A stretch of DNA of 64,000 nucleotides from Squalus acanthias (Eukaryota), in assembly GCA_030390025.1 (NCBI GenBank), contig CM059450.1:26226001-26290000 (forward strand), read 5' to 3'. Made by a program: the position numbers and the translations under genes. This document shows positions 50,801 to 63,870 of the stretch, one piece after another; position 1 is the stretch's first letter, and every line of letters starts with the position of its first letter. The notes beneath the pieces were generated by a model. The model did not search any database. It was not told the origin of the DNA and saw nothing but the letters and a program-made list of their open reading frames with translations.

Positions 50801-53800
50801 AAAGGCCCAAATTTGAATATCAAAGGTCCCAAAGTAGATTTTGAGGGACCTGATGTAAAAGGAAGTGGGCCCACATTTTCAATGCCTTCCCTACATCTGC
50901 CCAGCCTAAAGGCCCCAGACTTTGATTTGGGTTTCAAGGGCCCAAAACTAAAAGGGGATCAGGATATTGACATTTCTTCACCAAATATAGAGGGAGAGAT
51001 CAAAGGACCAAAGGTAGATGTAGAAGCACCAGATGTTGACCTGGAGGGTGCAAATGGAAAGTTCCACCTGCCAAAAATCAAACTGCCCAAATTCCAAATG
51101 GGGGGAGCTAAAGTAGAAGGTCCAGATATGAACATTGATGCTAATCTTCCCGAAGCAGATGTTAAGCTATCTGGTCCAAAGATAGAAGGCGGTGCTGAAA
51201 TACCTGACGTAGATTTGAATGTTGAAGGGGGTTCTGGTAAAATAAAAGGCCCTAATTTTAAAATGCCGGATTCAATATCTCAGCACCCAAGTTTCAAAAG
51301 CCTGATTTTGATCTAAAGCTCAAAGGTCCAAAAGTGGGAGGTGATGTTGATGCACCTGACTTCAATCTAGAGGGTGATATCAAAGGCCCAAATTTGAATA
51401 TTAAAGGTCCCAAAGTAGATTTTGACGGACCTGATGTAAAAGGAAGTGGGCCCAAATTTTCAATGCCTTCCCTACATATGCCCAGCATAACGGTTCCAGA
51501 CTTTGACTTGAGTCTTAAAGGCCCAAAAGTGAAAGGTGGCCATGATATTAACCTTCCTTCTGCAAGTATAGAGGGAGATATCAAAGGACCAAAGGTAGAT
51601 GTAGATGTAGATATGCCAGAGGTTGATGTTGAAGGTGGCAGTGGAAAGTTCCACCTGCCTAAATTCAAAATGCCCAAATTCCAAATGGGTGGAGCTAAAG
51701 TAGAAGGTCCAGATATGAACATTGATGCTAATCTTCCCAAGGCAGATGTTAAGCTATCTGGTCCAAAGATAGAAGTCGGTGCTGAAATACCTGATGTAGA
51801 TTTGGATTTTGAAGGGGGTTCTGGTAAAATCAAAGGGCCTAAATTTAAAATGCCGGGATTCAATATCTCTGCACCCAAGTTTCAGAAGCCTGATTTTGAT
51901 CTAAAGCTCAAAGGTCCAAAAGTGGGAGGTGATGTCGATGCACCTGATGTTAATCTGGAGGGTGACATCAAAGGCCCGAATTTGAATATTAAAGGTCCCA
52001 AAGTTGATATCGACGGACCTGATGTAAAAGGAAGTGGGCCCACATTTTCAATGCCTTCCCTACATATGCCCAGCATAAAGGCTCCAGACTTTGACTTGAG
52101 TCTTAAAGGCCCAAAATTGAAAGGTGACCATGATATTGATGTTCCTTCTGCAAGTATAGAAGGAGAGATCAAAGGACCAAAGGTAGATATCAAGACGCCA
52201 GAAGCTGACATAAAAGGTCCCGACGGAAAGTTCCACATGCCTAAATTCAAAATGCCCAGGTTCCGAATGGGTGGACCTAAAGGAGAAGGACCAGATCTGA
52301 GTATTGATGCCAATCTTCCCGAGGCAGATGTTAAGCTATCTGGACCAAAGATAGAAGGCGGTGTCGAAATACCTGACGTAGATGTAGATGTAGGAAAAGG
52401 TTCTGGTAAAATCAAAGGCCCTAAATTTAAAATGCCGGGATTCAATATCTCAGCACCCAAGTTTCAAAAGCCTGATTTTGATCTGGAGCTCAAAGGTCCA
52501 AAAGTGACCGGAGATGTTGATGTCCCTGATGTTAACCTGGAGGGTGACATCAAAGGCCCAAATTTGAATATCAAAGGTCCCAAAGTAGATTTTGAGGGAC
52601 CTGATGTAAAAGGAAGTGGGCCCACATTTTCAATGCCTTCCCTACATCTGCCCAGCCTAAAGGCCCCAGACTTTGATTTGGGTTTCAAGGGCCCAAAACT
52701 AAAAGGGGATCAGGATATTGACATTTCTTCACCAAATATAGAGGGAAAAATCAAAGGACCAAAGATAGACGTAGAAGCACCAGATGTTGACCTGGAGGGT
52801 GCAAATGGACATTTCCGCATGCCAAAAATCAAACTGCCCAAATTCCAAATGGGGGGAGCTAAAGTAGAAGGTCCAGATATGAACATTGATGCTAATCTTC
52901 CCGAAGCAGATGTTAAGCTATCTGGTCCAAAGATAGAAGGCGGTGCTGAAATACCTGACGTAGATTTGAATGTTGAAGGGGGTTCTGGTAAAATAAAAGG
53001 CCCTAATTTTAAAATGCCAGGATTCAATATCTCTGCACCCAAGTTTCAAAAGCCTGATTTTGATCTAAAGCTCAAAGGTCCAAAAGTGGGAGGTGATGTT
53101 GATGCACCTGATGTTAATCTAGAGGGTGATATCAAAGGCCCAAATTTGAATATTAAAGGTCCCAAAGTTGATATCGAGGGAGCTGATGTAAAAGGAAGTG
53201 GGCCCAAATTTTCAATGCCTTCCCTACATATGCCCAGCATAAAGGCTCCAGACATAGACTTCAGTCTTAAAGGCCCAAAAGTGAAAGGTGGCCATGAAAT
53301 TAACCTTCCTTCTGCAGGTATAGAGGGAGAGATCAAAGGACCAAAGGTAGATGTAGATGTAGATATGCCAGAGGTTGACGTTGAAGGTGGCAGTGGAAAG
53401 TTCCACCTGCCTAAATTCAAAATGCCCAAATTCCAAATGGGTGGTGCTAAAGGAGAAGGTCCAGATCTAGACATTGATGCTAATCTTCCCAAGGCAGATG
53501 TTAAGCTATCTGGTCCAAAGATAGAAGGCGACGTTGAAATACCTGATGTAGATTTGGATTTTGAAGGGGGTTCTGGTAAAATCAAAGGCCCTAAATTTAA
53601 AATGCCGGGATTCAATATCTCTGCACCCAAGTTTCAAAAGCCTGATTTTGATCTGCACCTGAAAGGTCCAAAAGTGGGAGGTGATGTGGATGCACCTGAT
53701 GTTAATCTGGAGGGTGATATCAAAGGCCCGAATTTGAATATTAAAGGTCCCAAAGTAGATTTCGAGGGAGCTGATGTAAAAGGAAGAGGGCCCAAATTTT

Positions 53801-56800
53801 CAATGCCTTCCCTACATATGCCCAGCATAACGGTTCCAGACTTTGACTTGAGTCTTAAAGGCCCAAATGTGAAAGGTGGCCATGAAATTAACCTTCCTTC
53901 TGCAAGTATAGAGGGAGATATCAAAGGACCAAAGGTAGATGTAGATATGCCAGAGGCTGACGTTGAAGGTGGCAGTGGAAAGTTCCACCTGCCTAAATTC
54001 AAAATGCCCAAATTCCAAATGGGTGGTGCTAAAGGAGAAGGTCCAGATCTAGACATTGATGCTAATCTTCCCAAGGCAGATGTTAAGCTATCTGGTCCAA
54101 AGATAGAAGGCGGTGTTGAAATACCTGATGTAGATTTGGATTTTGAAGGGGGTTCTGGTAAAATCAAAGGCCCTAAATTTAAAATGCCGGGATTCAATAT
54201 CTCTGCACCCAAGTTTCAAAAGCCTGATTTTGATCTGCACCTCAAAGGTCCAAAAGTGGGAGGTGATGTCGATGCACCTGATGTTAATCTGGAGGGTGAT
54301 ATCAAAGGCCCAAATTTGAATATTAAAGGTCCCAAAGTTGATATCGACGGACCTGATGTAAAAGGAAGTGGGCCCACATTTTCAATGCCTTCCCTACATA
54401 TGCCCAGCATAACGGTTCCAGACTTTGACTTGAGTCTGAAGGGCCCAAAATTGAAAGGTGACCATGATATTGATGTTCCTTCTGCAAGTATAGAAGGAGA
54501 GATCAAAGGACCAAAGGTAGATATCAAGACGCCAGAAGCTGACATAAAAGGTCCCGACGGAAAGTTCCACTTGCCTAAATTCAAAATGCCCAGGTTCCGA
54601 ATGGGTGGACCTAAAGGAGAAGGACCAGATCTGAGTATTGATGCCAATCTTCCCGAGGCAGATGTTAAGCTATCTGGACCAAAGATAGAAGGCGGTGTCG
54701 AAATACCTGACGTAGATGTAGATGTAGGAAAAGGTTCTGGTAAAATCAAAGGCCCTAAATTTAAAATGCCGGGATTCAATATCTCAGCACCCAAGTTTCA
54801 AAAGCCTGATTTTGATCTGGAGCTCAAAGGTCCAAAAGTGACCGGAGATGTTGATGTCCCTGATGTTAACCTGGAGGGTGACATCAAAGGCCCAAATTTG
54901 AATATCAAAGGTCCCAAAGTAGATTTTGAGGGACCTGATGTAAAAGGAAGTGGGCCCACATTTTCAATGCCTTCCCTACATCTGCCCAGCCTAAAGGCCC
55001 CAGACTTTGATTTGGGTTTCAAGGGCCCAAAACTAAAAGGGGATCAGGATATTGACATTTCTTCACCAAATATAGAGGGAAAAATCAAAGGACCAAAGAT
55101 AGACGTAGAAGCACCAGATGTTGACCTGGAGGGTGCAAATGGAAAGTTCCACCTGCCAAAAATCAAACTGCCCAAATTCCAAATGGGGGGAGCTAAAGTA
55201 GAAGGTCCAGATATGAACATTGATGCTAATCTTCCCGAAGCAGATGTTAAGCTATCTGGTCCAAAGATAGAAGGCGGTGCTGAAATACCTGACGTAGATT
55301 TGAATGTTGAAGGGGGTTCTGGTAAAATAAAAGGCCCTAATTTTAAAATGCCAGGATTCAATATCTCTGCACCAAAGTTTCAAAAGCCTGATTTTGATCT
55401 AAAGCTCAAAGGTCCAAAAGTGGGAGGTGATGTTGATGCACCTGATGTCAATCTAGAGGGTGATATCAAAGGCCCGAATTTGAATATTAAAGGTCCCAAA
55501 GTTGATATCGACGGAGCTGATGTAAAAGGAAGTGGGCCCAAATTTTCAATGCCTTCCCTACATATGCCCAGCATAAAGGCTCCAGACATAGACTTCAGTC
55601 TTAAAGGCCCAAAAGTGAAAGGTGGCCATGAAATTAACCTTCCTTCTGCAGGTATAGAGGGAGAGATCAAAGGACCAAAGGTAGATGTAGATGTAGATAT
55701 GCCAGAGGTTGACGTTGAAGGTGGCAGTGGAAAGTTCCACCTGCCTAAATTCAAAATGCCCAAATTCCAAATGGGTGGTGCTAAAGGAGAAGGTCCAGAT
55801 CTAGACATTGATGCTAATCTTCCCAAGGCAGATGTTAAGCTATCTGGTCCAAAGATAGAAGGCGACGTTGAAATACCTGATGTAGATTTGGATTTTGAAG
55901 GGGGTTCTGGTAAAATCAAAGGCCCTAAATTTAAAATGCCGGGATTCAATATCTCTGCACCCAAGTTTCAAAAGCCTGATTTTGATCTGCACCTGAAAGG
56001 TCCAAAAGTGGGAGGTGATGTGGATGCACCTGATGTTAATCTGGAGGGTGATATCAAAGGCCCGAATTTGAATATTAAAGGTCCCAAAGTAGATTTCGAG
56101 GGAGCTGATGTAAAAGGAAGAGGGCCCAAATTTTCAATGCCTTCCCTACATATGCCCAGCATAACGGTTCCAGACTTTGACTTGAGTCTTAAAGGCCCAA
56201 ATGTGAAAGGTGGCCATGAAATTAACCTTCCTTCTGCAAGTATAGAGGGAGATATCAAAGGACCAAAGGTAGATGTAGATATGCCAGAGGCTGACGTTGA
56301 AGGTGGCAGTGGAAAGTTCCACCTGCCTAAATTCAAAATGCCCAAATTCCAAATGGGTGGTGCTAAAGGAGAAGGTCCAGATCTAGACATTGATGCTAAT
56401 CTTCCCAAGGCAGATGTTAAGCTATCTGGTCCAAAGATAGAAGGCGGTGTTGAAATACCTGATGTAGATTTGGATTTTGAAGGGGGTTCTGGTAAAATCA
56501 AAGGCCCTAAATTTAAAATGCCGGGATTCAATATCTCTGCACCCAAGTTTCAAAAGCCTGATTTTGATCTGCACCTCAAAGGTCCAAAAGTGGGAGGTGA
56601 TGTGGATGCACCTGACTTCAATCTAGAGGGTGATATCAAAGGCCCAAATTTGAATATTAAAGGTCCCAAAGTTGATATCGACGGACCTGATGTAAAAGGA
56701 AGTGGGCCCACATTTTCAATGCCTTCCCTACATATGCCCAGCATAACGGTTCCAGACTTTGACTTGAGTCTTAAAGGCCCAAAATTGAAAGGTGACCATG

Positions 56801-59800
56801 ATATTGATGTTCCTTCTGCAAGTATAGAAGGAGAGATCAAAGGACCAAAGGTAGATATCAAGACGCCAGAAGCTGACATAAAAGGTCCCGACGGAAAGTT
56901 CCACATGCCTAAATTCAAAATGCCCAGGTTCCGAATGGGTGGACCTAAAGGAGAAGGACCAGATCTGAGTATTGATGCCAATCTTCCCGAGGCAGATGTT
57001 AAGCTATCTGGACCAAAGATAGAAGGCGGTGTCGAAATACCTGACGTAGATGTAGATGTAGGAAAAGGTTCTGGTAAAATCAAAGGCCCTAAATTTAAAA
57101 TGCCGGGATTCAATATCTCAGCACCCAAGTTTCAAAAGCCTGATTTTGATCTGGAGCTCAAAGGTCCAAAAGTGACCGGAGATGTTGATGTCCCTGATGT
57201 TAATCTTGAGGGTGACATCAAAGGCCCAAATTTGAATATCAAAGGTCCCAAAGTAGATTTTGAGGGACCTGATGTAAAAGGAAGAGGGCCCAAGTTTTCA
57301 ATGCCTTCCCTACATCTGCCCAGCCTAAAGGCTCCAGACTTTGATTTGGGTTTCAAGGGCCCAAAACTAAAAGGGGATCAGGATATTGACATTTCTTCAC
57401 CAAATATAGAGGGAGAGATCAAAGGACCAAAGGTAGATGTAGAAGCACCAGATGTTGACCTGGAGGGTGCAAATGGACAGTTCCGCATGCCAAAAATCAA
57501 ATTGCCCAAATTCCAAATGGGGGGAGCTAAAGTAGAAGGTCCAGATATGAACATTGATGCTAATCTTCCTGAAGCAGATGTTAAGCTGTCTGGTCCAAAG
57601 ATAGAAGGCGGTGTTGAAATACCTGACGTAGATTTGAATGTTGAAGGGGGTTCTGGTAAAATAAAAGGCCCTAATTTTAAAATGCCAGGATTCAATATCT
57701 CAGCACCCAAATTTCAAAAGCCTGATTTTGATCTAAAGCTCAAAGGTCCAAAAGTGGGAGGTGATGTTGATGCACCTGACTTCAATCTAGAGGGTGATAT
57801 CAAAGGCCCAAATTTGAATATTAAAGGTCCCAAAGTTGATATCGACGGACCTGATGTAAAAGGAAGTGGGCCCAAATTTTCAATGCCTTCCCTTCATATG
57901 CCCAGCATAACGGTTCCAGACTTTGACTTGAGTCTTAAAGGCCCAAAAGTGAAAGGTGGCCATGATATTAACCTTCCTTCTGCAAGTATAGAGGGAGAGA
58001 TCAAAGGACCAAAGGTAGATGTAGATATGCCAGAGGTTGACGTTGAAGGTGGCAGTGGAAAGTTCCACCTGCCTAAATTCAAAATGCCCAAATTCCAAAT
58101 GGGTGGAGCTAAAGGAGAAGGTCCAGATCTAGACATTGATGCTAATCTTCCCAAGGCAGATGTTAAGCTATCTGGTCCAAAGATGGAAGGCGGTGTTGAA
58201 ATACCTGATGTAGATTTGGATTTTGAAGGGGGTTCTGGTAAAATCAAAGGCCCTAAATTTAAAATGCCGGGATTCAATATCTCTGCACCCAAGTTTCAGA
58301 AGCCTGATTTTGATCTACACCTCAAAGGTCCAAAAGTGGGAGGTGATGTCGATGCACCTGATGTTAATCTGGAGGGTGATATCAAAGGCCCGAAATTGAA
58401 TATTAAAGGTCCCAAAGTTGATATCGACGGACCTGATGTAAAAGGAAGTGGGCCCACATTTTCAATGCCTTCCCTACATATGCCCAGCATAACAGTTCCA
58501 GACTTTGACTTGAGTCTTAAAGGCCCAAAATTGAAAGGTGACCATGATATTGATGTTCCTTCTGCAAATATAGAAGGAGAGATCAAAGGACCAAAGGTAG
58601 ATATCAAGACGCCAGAAGCTGACATAAAAGGTCCCGACGGAAAGTTCCACTTGCCTAAATTCAAAATGCCCAGGTTCCGAATGGGTGGACCTAAAGGAGA
58701 AGGACCAGATCTGAGTATTGATGCCAATCTTCCCGAGGCAGATGTTAAGCTATCTGGACCAAAGATAGAAGGTGGTGTCGAAATACCTGACGTAGATGTA
58801 GATGTAGGAAAAGGTTCTGGTAAAATCAAAGGCCCTAAATTTAAAATGCCGGGATTCAATATCTCAGCACCCAAGTTTCAAAAGCCTGATTTTGATCTGG
58901 AGCTCAAAGGTCCAAAAGTGACCGGAGATGTTGATGTCCCTGATGTTAACCTGGAGGGTGACATCAAAGGCCCAAATTTGAATATCAAAGGTCCCAAAGT
59001 AGATTTCGAGGGAGCTGATGTAAAAGGAAGTGGGCTCAAGTTTTCAATGCCTTCCCTACATATGCCCAGCCTTAAGGCTCCGGACTTTGATTTGGGTTTC
59101 AAGGGCCCAAAACTAAAAGGGGATCAGGATATTGACATTTCTTCACCAAATATAGAGGGAGAGATCAAAGGACCAAAGATAGATGTAGAAGCACCAGATG
59201 TTGACCTGGAGGGTGCAAATGGACAGTTCCGCATGCCAAAAATCAAATTGCCCAAATTCCAAATGGGGGGAGCTAAAGTAGAAGGTCCAGATATGAACAT
59301 TGATGCTAATCTTCCCGAAGTAGATGTTAATATATCTGGGCCAAAGATAAAAGGTGGGGTTGAATTACCTGAAGTAGATATGGATGCTGATGGTAAAATC
59401 AAAGGCCCTGGATTTCAAATGCCAGGATTCGATATCTCGTTTCCCAAAGTTAAAGCTCCTAATTTTGATCTTGGATTTAAAGGTCCAGAACTGACAGGTG
59501 GTGTTGCTCCTGACATTAATATGAAGGGTGACATCAAAGGCCCAAATTTTGATATTAAAGGTCCTAAAGTAGATATCGAGGGACCTGACATGAACATTGA
59601 GGGTCCTGATGTAAAAGGAAATGGGCACAAGTTTTCACTGCCTTCATTGGGCATTTCAGCTCCCAATATATCTTCACCAGACATGAATCTTGACTTGAAA
59701 GGCCCAAAAGTGGAAGGTACTGCTGATATTAAATCTCCAAGTATTGGTATCGGTGTTAGTGCACCTGAGATGGATACAGATGGTCTAGGAGCACATCTGA

Positions 59801-62800
59801 AAATGCCAAAAGTGAAGACGCCAAAATTTGGATTTGGAATTAAAGGGTCACAAGGAGACATCAATGCTCCATCTATGGATGTAACAGGTCCTGATGTAGA
59901 TTTGAATGTTGATTCACCAGACTTAAATGTTAGCACTAAGGGAAAAAAAGGCAAATTTAAAATGCCTAAATTCAACATCAAATCGAAGAAACCTGCAGGA
60001 GATGTGAAGCTGACCGTTCCAAAGAGTGACCTTGATTTATCCAACCCAGAAATGGATATTAAGTCCCCAGATCTAAATATAAGCCTTGGATCATCAGATG
60101 GACAGTTAAATATCAAGCCATCAAAAGTAAAGAAACCACGATTTGGAAAAATGAAGTTGTCATTTCCAGATGTTGAGTTTGATCTGGCACCATCAAAAAT
60201 TAAAGGTGAACTACTGAGTCCAAAGATTGAAGGAGATTTACAAGCACCTGATATTGACTTTTCATCTGCAGATATAAAAGGTCCACATATTGACATTAAA
60301 GCACCTGGAATAGATGTCAACACGGATGTTGACTTGAAAGGATCTGGTTTCAAAGCGAAAGGCACAAAATTAAAATTTCCTTCAGTAAACATCAAGTCGC
60401 CCAAAATATCTGAGCCAGATTTGGATATTAATTTGAAGGGCACAAATCTGAAAGGTGAAGTATCAGGAGATGTAAAAGGCCCAACGCTCGACATAAAGAG
60501 ACCAGAAATAGATTTTGACGTTGATGCTCCAAATGTTGACATTGAAAAACCAGAAGGTAAATTAAAAATGAAAATGAAGAAGCCAAAGTTTAAGATTTCA
60601 GGACCTAAATTCAAAGGTTCAGGTGTGGATATTGATGTTGGTACACCAAAATTAGAGAGTGGAATTAAAGGACCCGAAGTTAACATTGATGCACCCAGTA
60701 TTGATCTTCAACCCAAGATCTCTGCTCCAGATCTACATTTAAAAGGATCAAATCTTAAAGGTGATGTTAGTGTATCTGGTCCAACAATGGAATATGACAT
60801 CAAAGGGCCAAATGTAAACCTAGATGCTAACATCGCAGGTGCAGGAGGAAAGTTGAAAATGCCTAAACTGAAACTCCCCAGCTTTGGGATGGACCGCAAA
60901 GCAGCAGGGCCAGATATGGATGTTGTTGCCAACCTTCCAAAAGCAGATCTTTCAGGACCAAAGCTAGAAGGTGACATTAACATACCTGCAGCAGATATCA
61001 AAATTGGTGCTCCTGATGTAAATTTTGATGGTCATGATGCTAAAGTAAAAGGATCAAGTTTTGAGATGCCATCATGGAAGGTTTCAGGACCCAAAATCAG
61101 CTCACCTGACTTTGATCTAAAAGGTGACATCAAAGGACCTAAAATAGATATGAAAGGACCAAAGTTGGATCTTAAGACTTCAGATGTTAATTTTGAGGGT
61201 CCAGAAGGAAAACTGAAAATGCCTGAAATTAACATTTCTGGTACTAAACTACAAGGCTCTGATCTGAATCTCGGCATAAATGCACCAAAGATAGGAGGTG
61301 ACTTCAAGACACCAGGTTTACATGGAAATGTTGAGATGCCTGGCGTGGACATAAATGCTGATGGTAAATTCAAAGGCCCCCAGATTGCAATGCCATCCGT
61401 TGGCATCACAGCACCTAATTTGGATATAGGTTTAAAGAAACCACAATTAAAAGGTGATGTCAATATTTCCAGTCCAAATATCAAAGGAAACTTTAGAGGA
61501 CTAGATGTGGATGTAGAAGGTCCTAATGTAGATGTTGATGCTCCAGACTTTGACATTAAAGGTGCAGAAGGAAAGCTAAAGATGCCTCAGATCAACTTTC
61601 CAAAAGCTGATATCGACACTGCAGGACAGAAGATAAAAGGCGACAACTTTTCAGGATTTGGGGTCTCTGCGCCTGATTTTGGCATTAATGTGAAGGGACC
61701 TAAACTAGAAGGGAATTTGGCTGCTGATCTTTCTGGTCCAAAGATAGATACTGACATAAAATGCCCTAAAGTAGACATTACAGGGCCAAATGTGAAAATG
61801 GACAGACCAGACATCAACTTTGGTGGTCTAAAAGGAAAAGGTCCCAGTGTTGATTTTAATGCACCAAAAGCCAACATAGGATTTTCTGGACCAAAGTTCG
61901 AGGGAGACATGAAGGGAGATATAAACGTCAGTGTACCAGATGTGAACCTAAGTGGTAAAGTAAAGAGCCCTGAAGTGAAAATCCCTACAGCTGATGTGAA
62001 GTTTGATGGAAAAGGAGGTGTTGGGGTGCCCAGCTCCAAAGGTGATCTGAAAGGTGCAGAGTTTGATCTCAAAGCTCCTGACATAGGTACAGATATTAAA
62101 GCAGCAATAGCTGATCTTGATGTTCCATTGGACAAACTGAGAATACCTAAATTCAAACATTCTCAATTTCAAATAAAAGGGCCGAACCTAGAAGGACCAG
62201 AAATGGCAATGGGCGTCAGCGTTCCAGAAACTCAGCTAAATGTTTCAGGTGCACAAGGTCCAAGTGTCAACATTAAAGGAGCACAGGCAAGTGTCAACCT
62301 GCCAGAAGGTGAGATAGAAAGTTCAGGGGTCAGAATAAAGAAGGGCAAAATTAAAATGCCCAAATTTAATTTCTCTAAGTCGAAAGGGAAAGGTAGTAGT
62401 GAAGGATCAGAGGGTGAATTCAGTGCATCTGGGGCCAAGATTGATATTAAGGGCTCAAAGGGTAGCCTGGGTTTCAGTGACATTGAGATGGAAGGACCAG
62501 AAATGTCAGCATCTGGGAAAGGTTCTGGTCTGGACATAAGCACTTCCCCAAAAGGGAAGTCAGGCACACTAGATTTCTCGTTATTTAAAGGCAAAAAGTC
62601 AGAACGTCATAGGTCATCATCCCTGAGTGATGAGCATGAACTTTCACCTTCTTCCCCCAAGGGCAGAATAGAATTTGGAGAAGGGGCTGCGGGTACAAAA
62701 GGCAAAAAGTCAAAGCTGAAATTTGGAACATTTGGAGGCTTCGGGGCCAAGTCAAAGGGCTCCTACGAGGTCACTCTCAATGAAGGTGAGGCAGCAGTAG

Positions 62801-62928
62801 AGGGCAGCGGAATCTCTCTAGTTTCCAAAAAGTCCCGCATGTCCTCCTCTTCTAGCAACGAGAGCGGATCCAGAGCAGGATTCCGTCTTCCTAAAGTAGA
62901 ACTAAATATCAATAAAAACAAACCATAA
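44874..62928 (+). CDS. AHNAK: AHNAK giant terminal coding exon (neuroblast differentiation-associated protein AHNAK / desmoyokin), with two -1 frameshifts in this sequence
   Basis: Acceptor TTTCCTCTAG, then SGDDEDYQRIFRTKIKPRLKSEDG. KGPK/FKMP-rich central repeats. AHNAK1-type C-terminus (KIKMPKFNFSK, RHRSSSLSDE, KLKFGTFGG, SKKSRMSSSSSNESG, LPKVEL). ORFs 45039..49847, 49856..51316 and 51334..62928 join after restoring one base each near 49823 and 51268. Confidence 0.95.
45870..59420 (+). repeat. Coding tandem array of about 23 units of 582/588 bp (AHNAK central repeats)
   Basis: Marker motifs recur at 582- or 588-bp spacing, e.g. antisense ORF ends at 52460, 53042, 53630, 54212 and 54794. Confidence 0.95.
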
Positions 62929-63870
62929 TTTTGTAAATAGAGCTGAATCCTTGTAAATAGAAATTAACTGCATTACTTTTTACTGATAAGCCAAGGCATG
63001 GAGATCTATTAGACTTCATCCCTATCTCATTTGCAGGTCAAAAATAGGATGGAATATTTAAAGTGTTGAGCTATTGTTTTTTTTTACAATGCGAGGAATA
63101 GAACCATAGTCAGATTTGACCTGCGGATATTTCAGTACACTTCTGTACCAGCTAAAAAACAAACTAAAGTTCTATTACTACAAGCTGAGAGCAATAGCTT
63201 ACTAGCAGGAAAAATAAAACCTATTTTGATACATTTTCTATGTAGCGGTTTATTATTTTCATATACTGGTAAAATGGAGGTGTTAAGACATGTAATCACT
63301 GGTGCTCTCTCTAGCTTACTTTATTCAATGGAGTTGCAGCTAATATATGAGAGGTTTTACTGAATATTGATTTCTGAGGAAAATAGATATGGAGAGGAAG
63401 AGTTTAAGCTGTCTTTAGACAAATAGATGCCATCCTATCTATGTAAGGTGAAATTTGGCAATAGCCAAAATAAACTCAATTCGTCCAGTGATTGGTGCCG
63501 TATTGCCAGGGTCCAACAGCAATAAGTAAAGTTTGGCCGATTTCCTTTCTCTGTAAATTAACAGGGCTGCAAAAAAAAAATTCTATTCTGGGTAGCTTAA
63601 ATTCTTCTGCTTTGTAAATGTGTAAGTGTTGTCTGTGGATCTAGTCAGGGCATGTTTCTACTGTGAATTTGAGTGTTTACGCCACCCTCCCCCCTCCCCA
63701 AACCCCCTTAACTCATGGTGGTGGTGCTGCTGCTGTAATCTTTTATCCCCATGTCCTTCCACCCAAAGCCACAAGAGTGAAAGCCCAGGGAAATTACTCA
63801 ATACTCAACCATGCAGTTTGGAGTGAGTCACAGATATTAAAACATCTGAAGCACTAAATTAAATATCCAA
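62929..63870 (+). other. AHNAK: Probable AHNAK 3'UTR with candidate poly(A) signals
   Basis: AT-rich and free of recognisable TEs. AATAAA at 63213 and 63469, ATTAAA at 63836 and 63858. The true 3' end cannot be fixed from sequence. Confidence 0.45.
62932..62959 (+). promoter_or_regulatory. Two tandem Pumilio response elements (TGTAAATA) at the start of the AHNAK 3'UTR
   Basis: Perfect UGUANAUA matches at 62932-62939 and 62952-62959. Confidence 0.5.

Noticed and set aside
45287-62594. Many long minus-strand ORFs (up to 423 aa) opposite the giant exon
   Set aside because: They mirror the AHNAK repeat period and follow from its biased codon use. No independent gene signal is visible.
45039-62928. 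Three separate genes, or a programmed ribosomal frameshift
   Set aside because: The ORFs are consecutive parts of one repeat array, broken by single-base losses absent from sister units. No slippery-site architecture is specific to these points.
44874-62928. AHNAK2 or periaxin identity
   Set aside because: The exon start (SGDDEDYQRIF.TKIKPRLKSEDG) and the C-terminus match AHNAK1.
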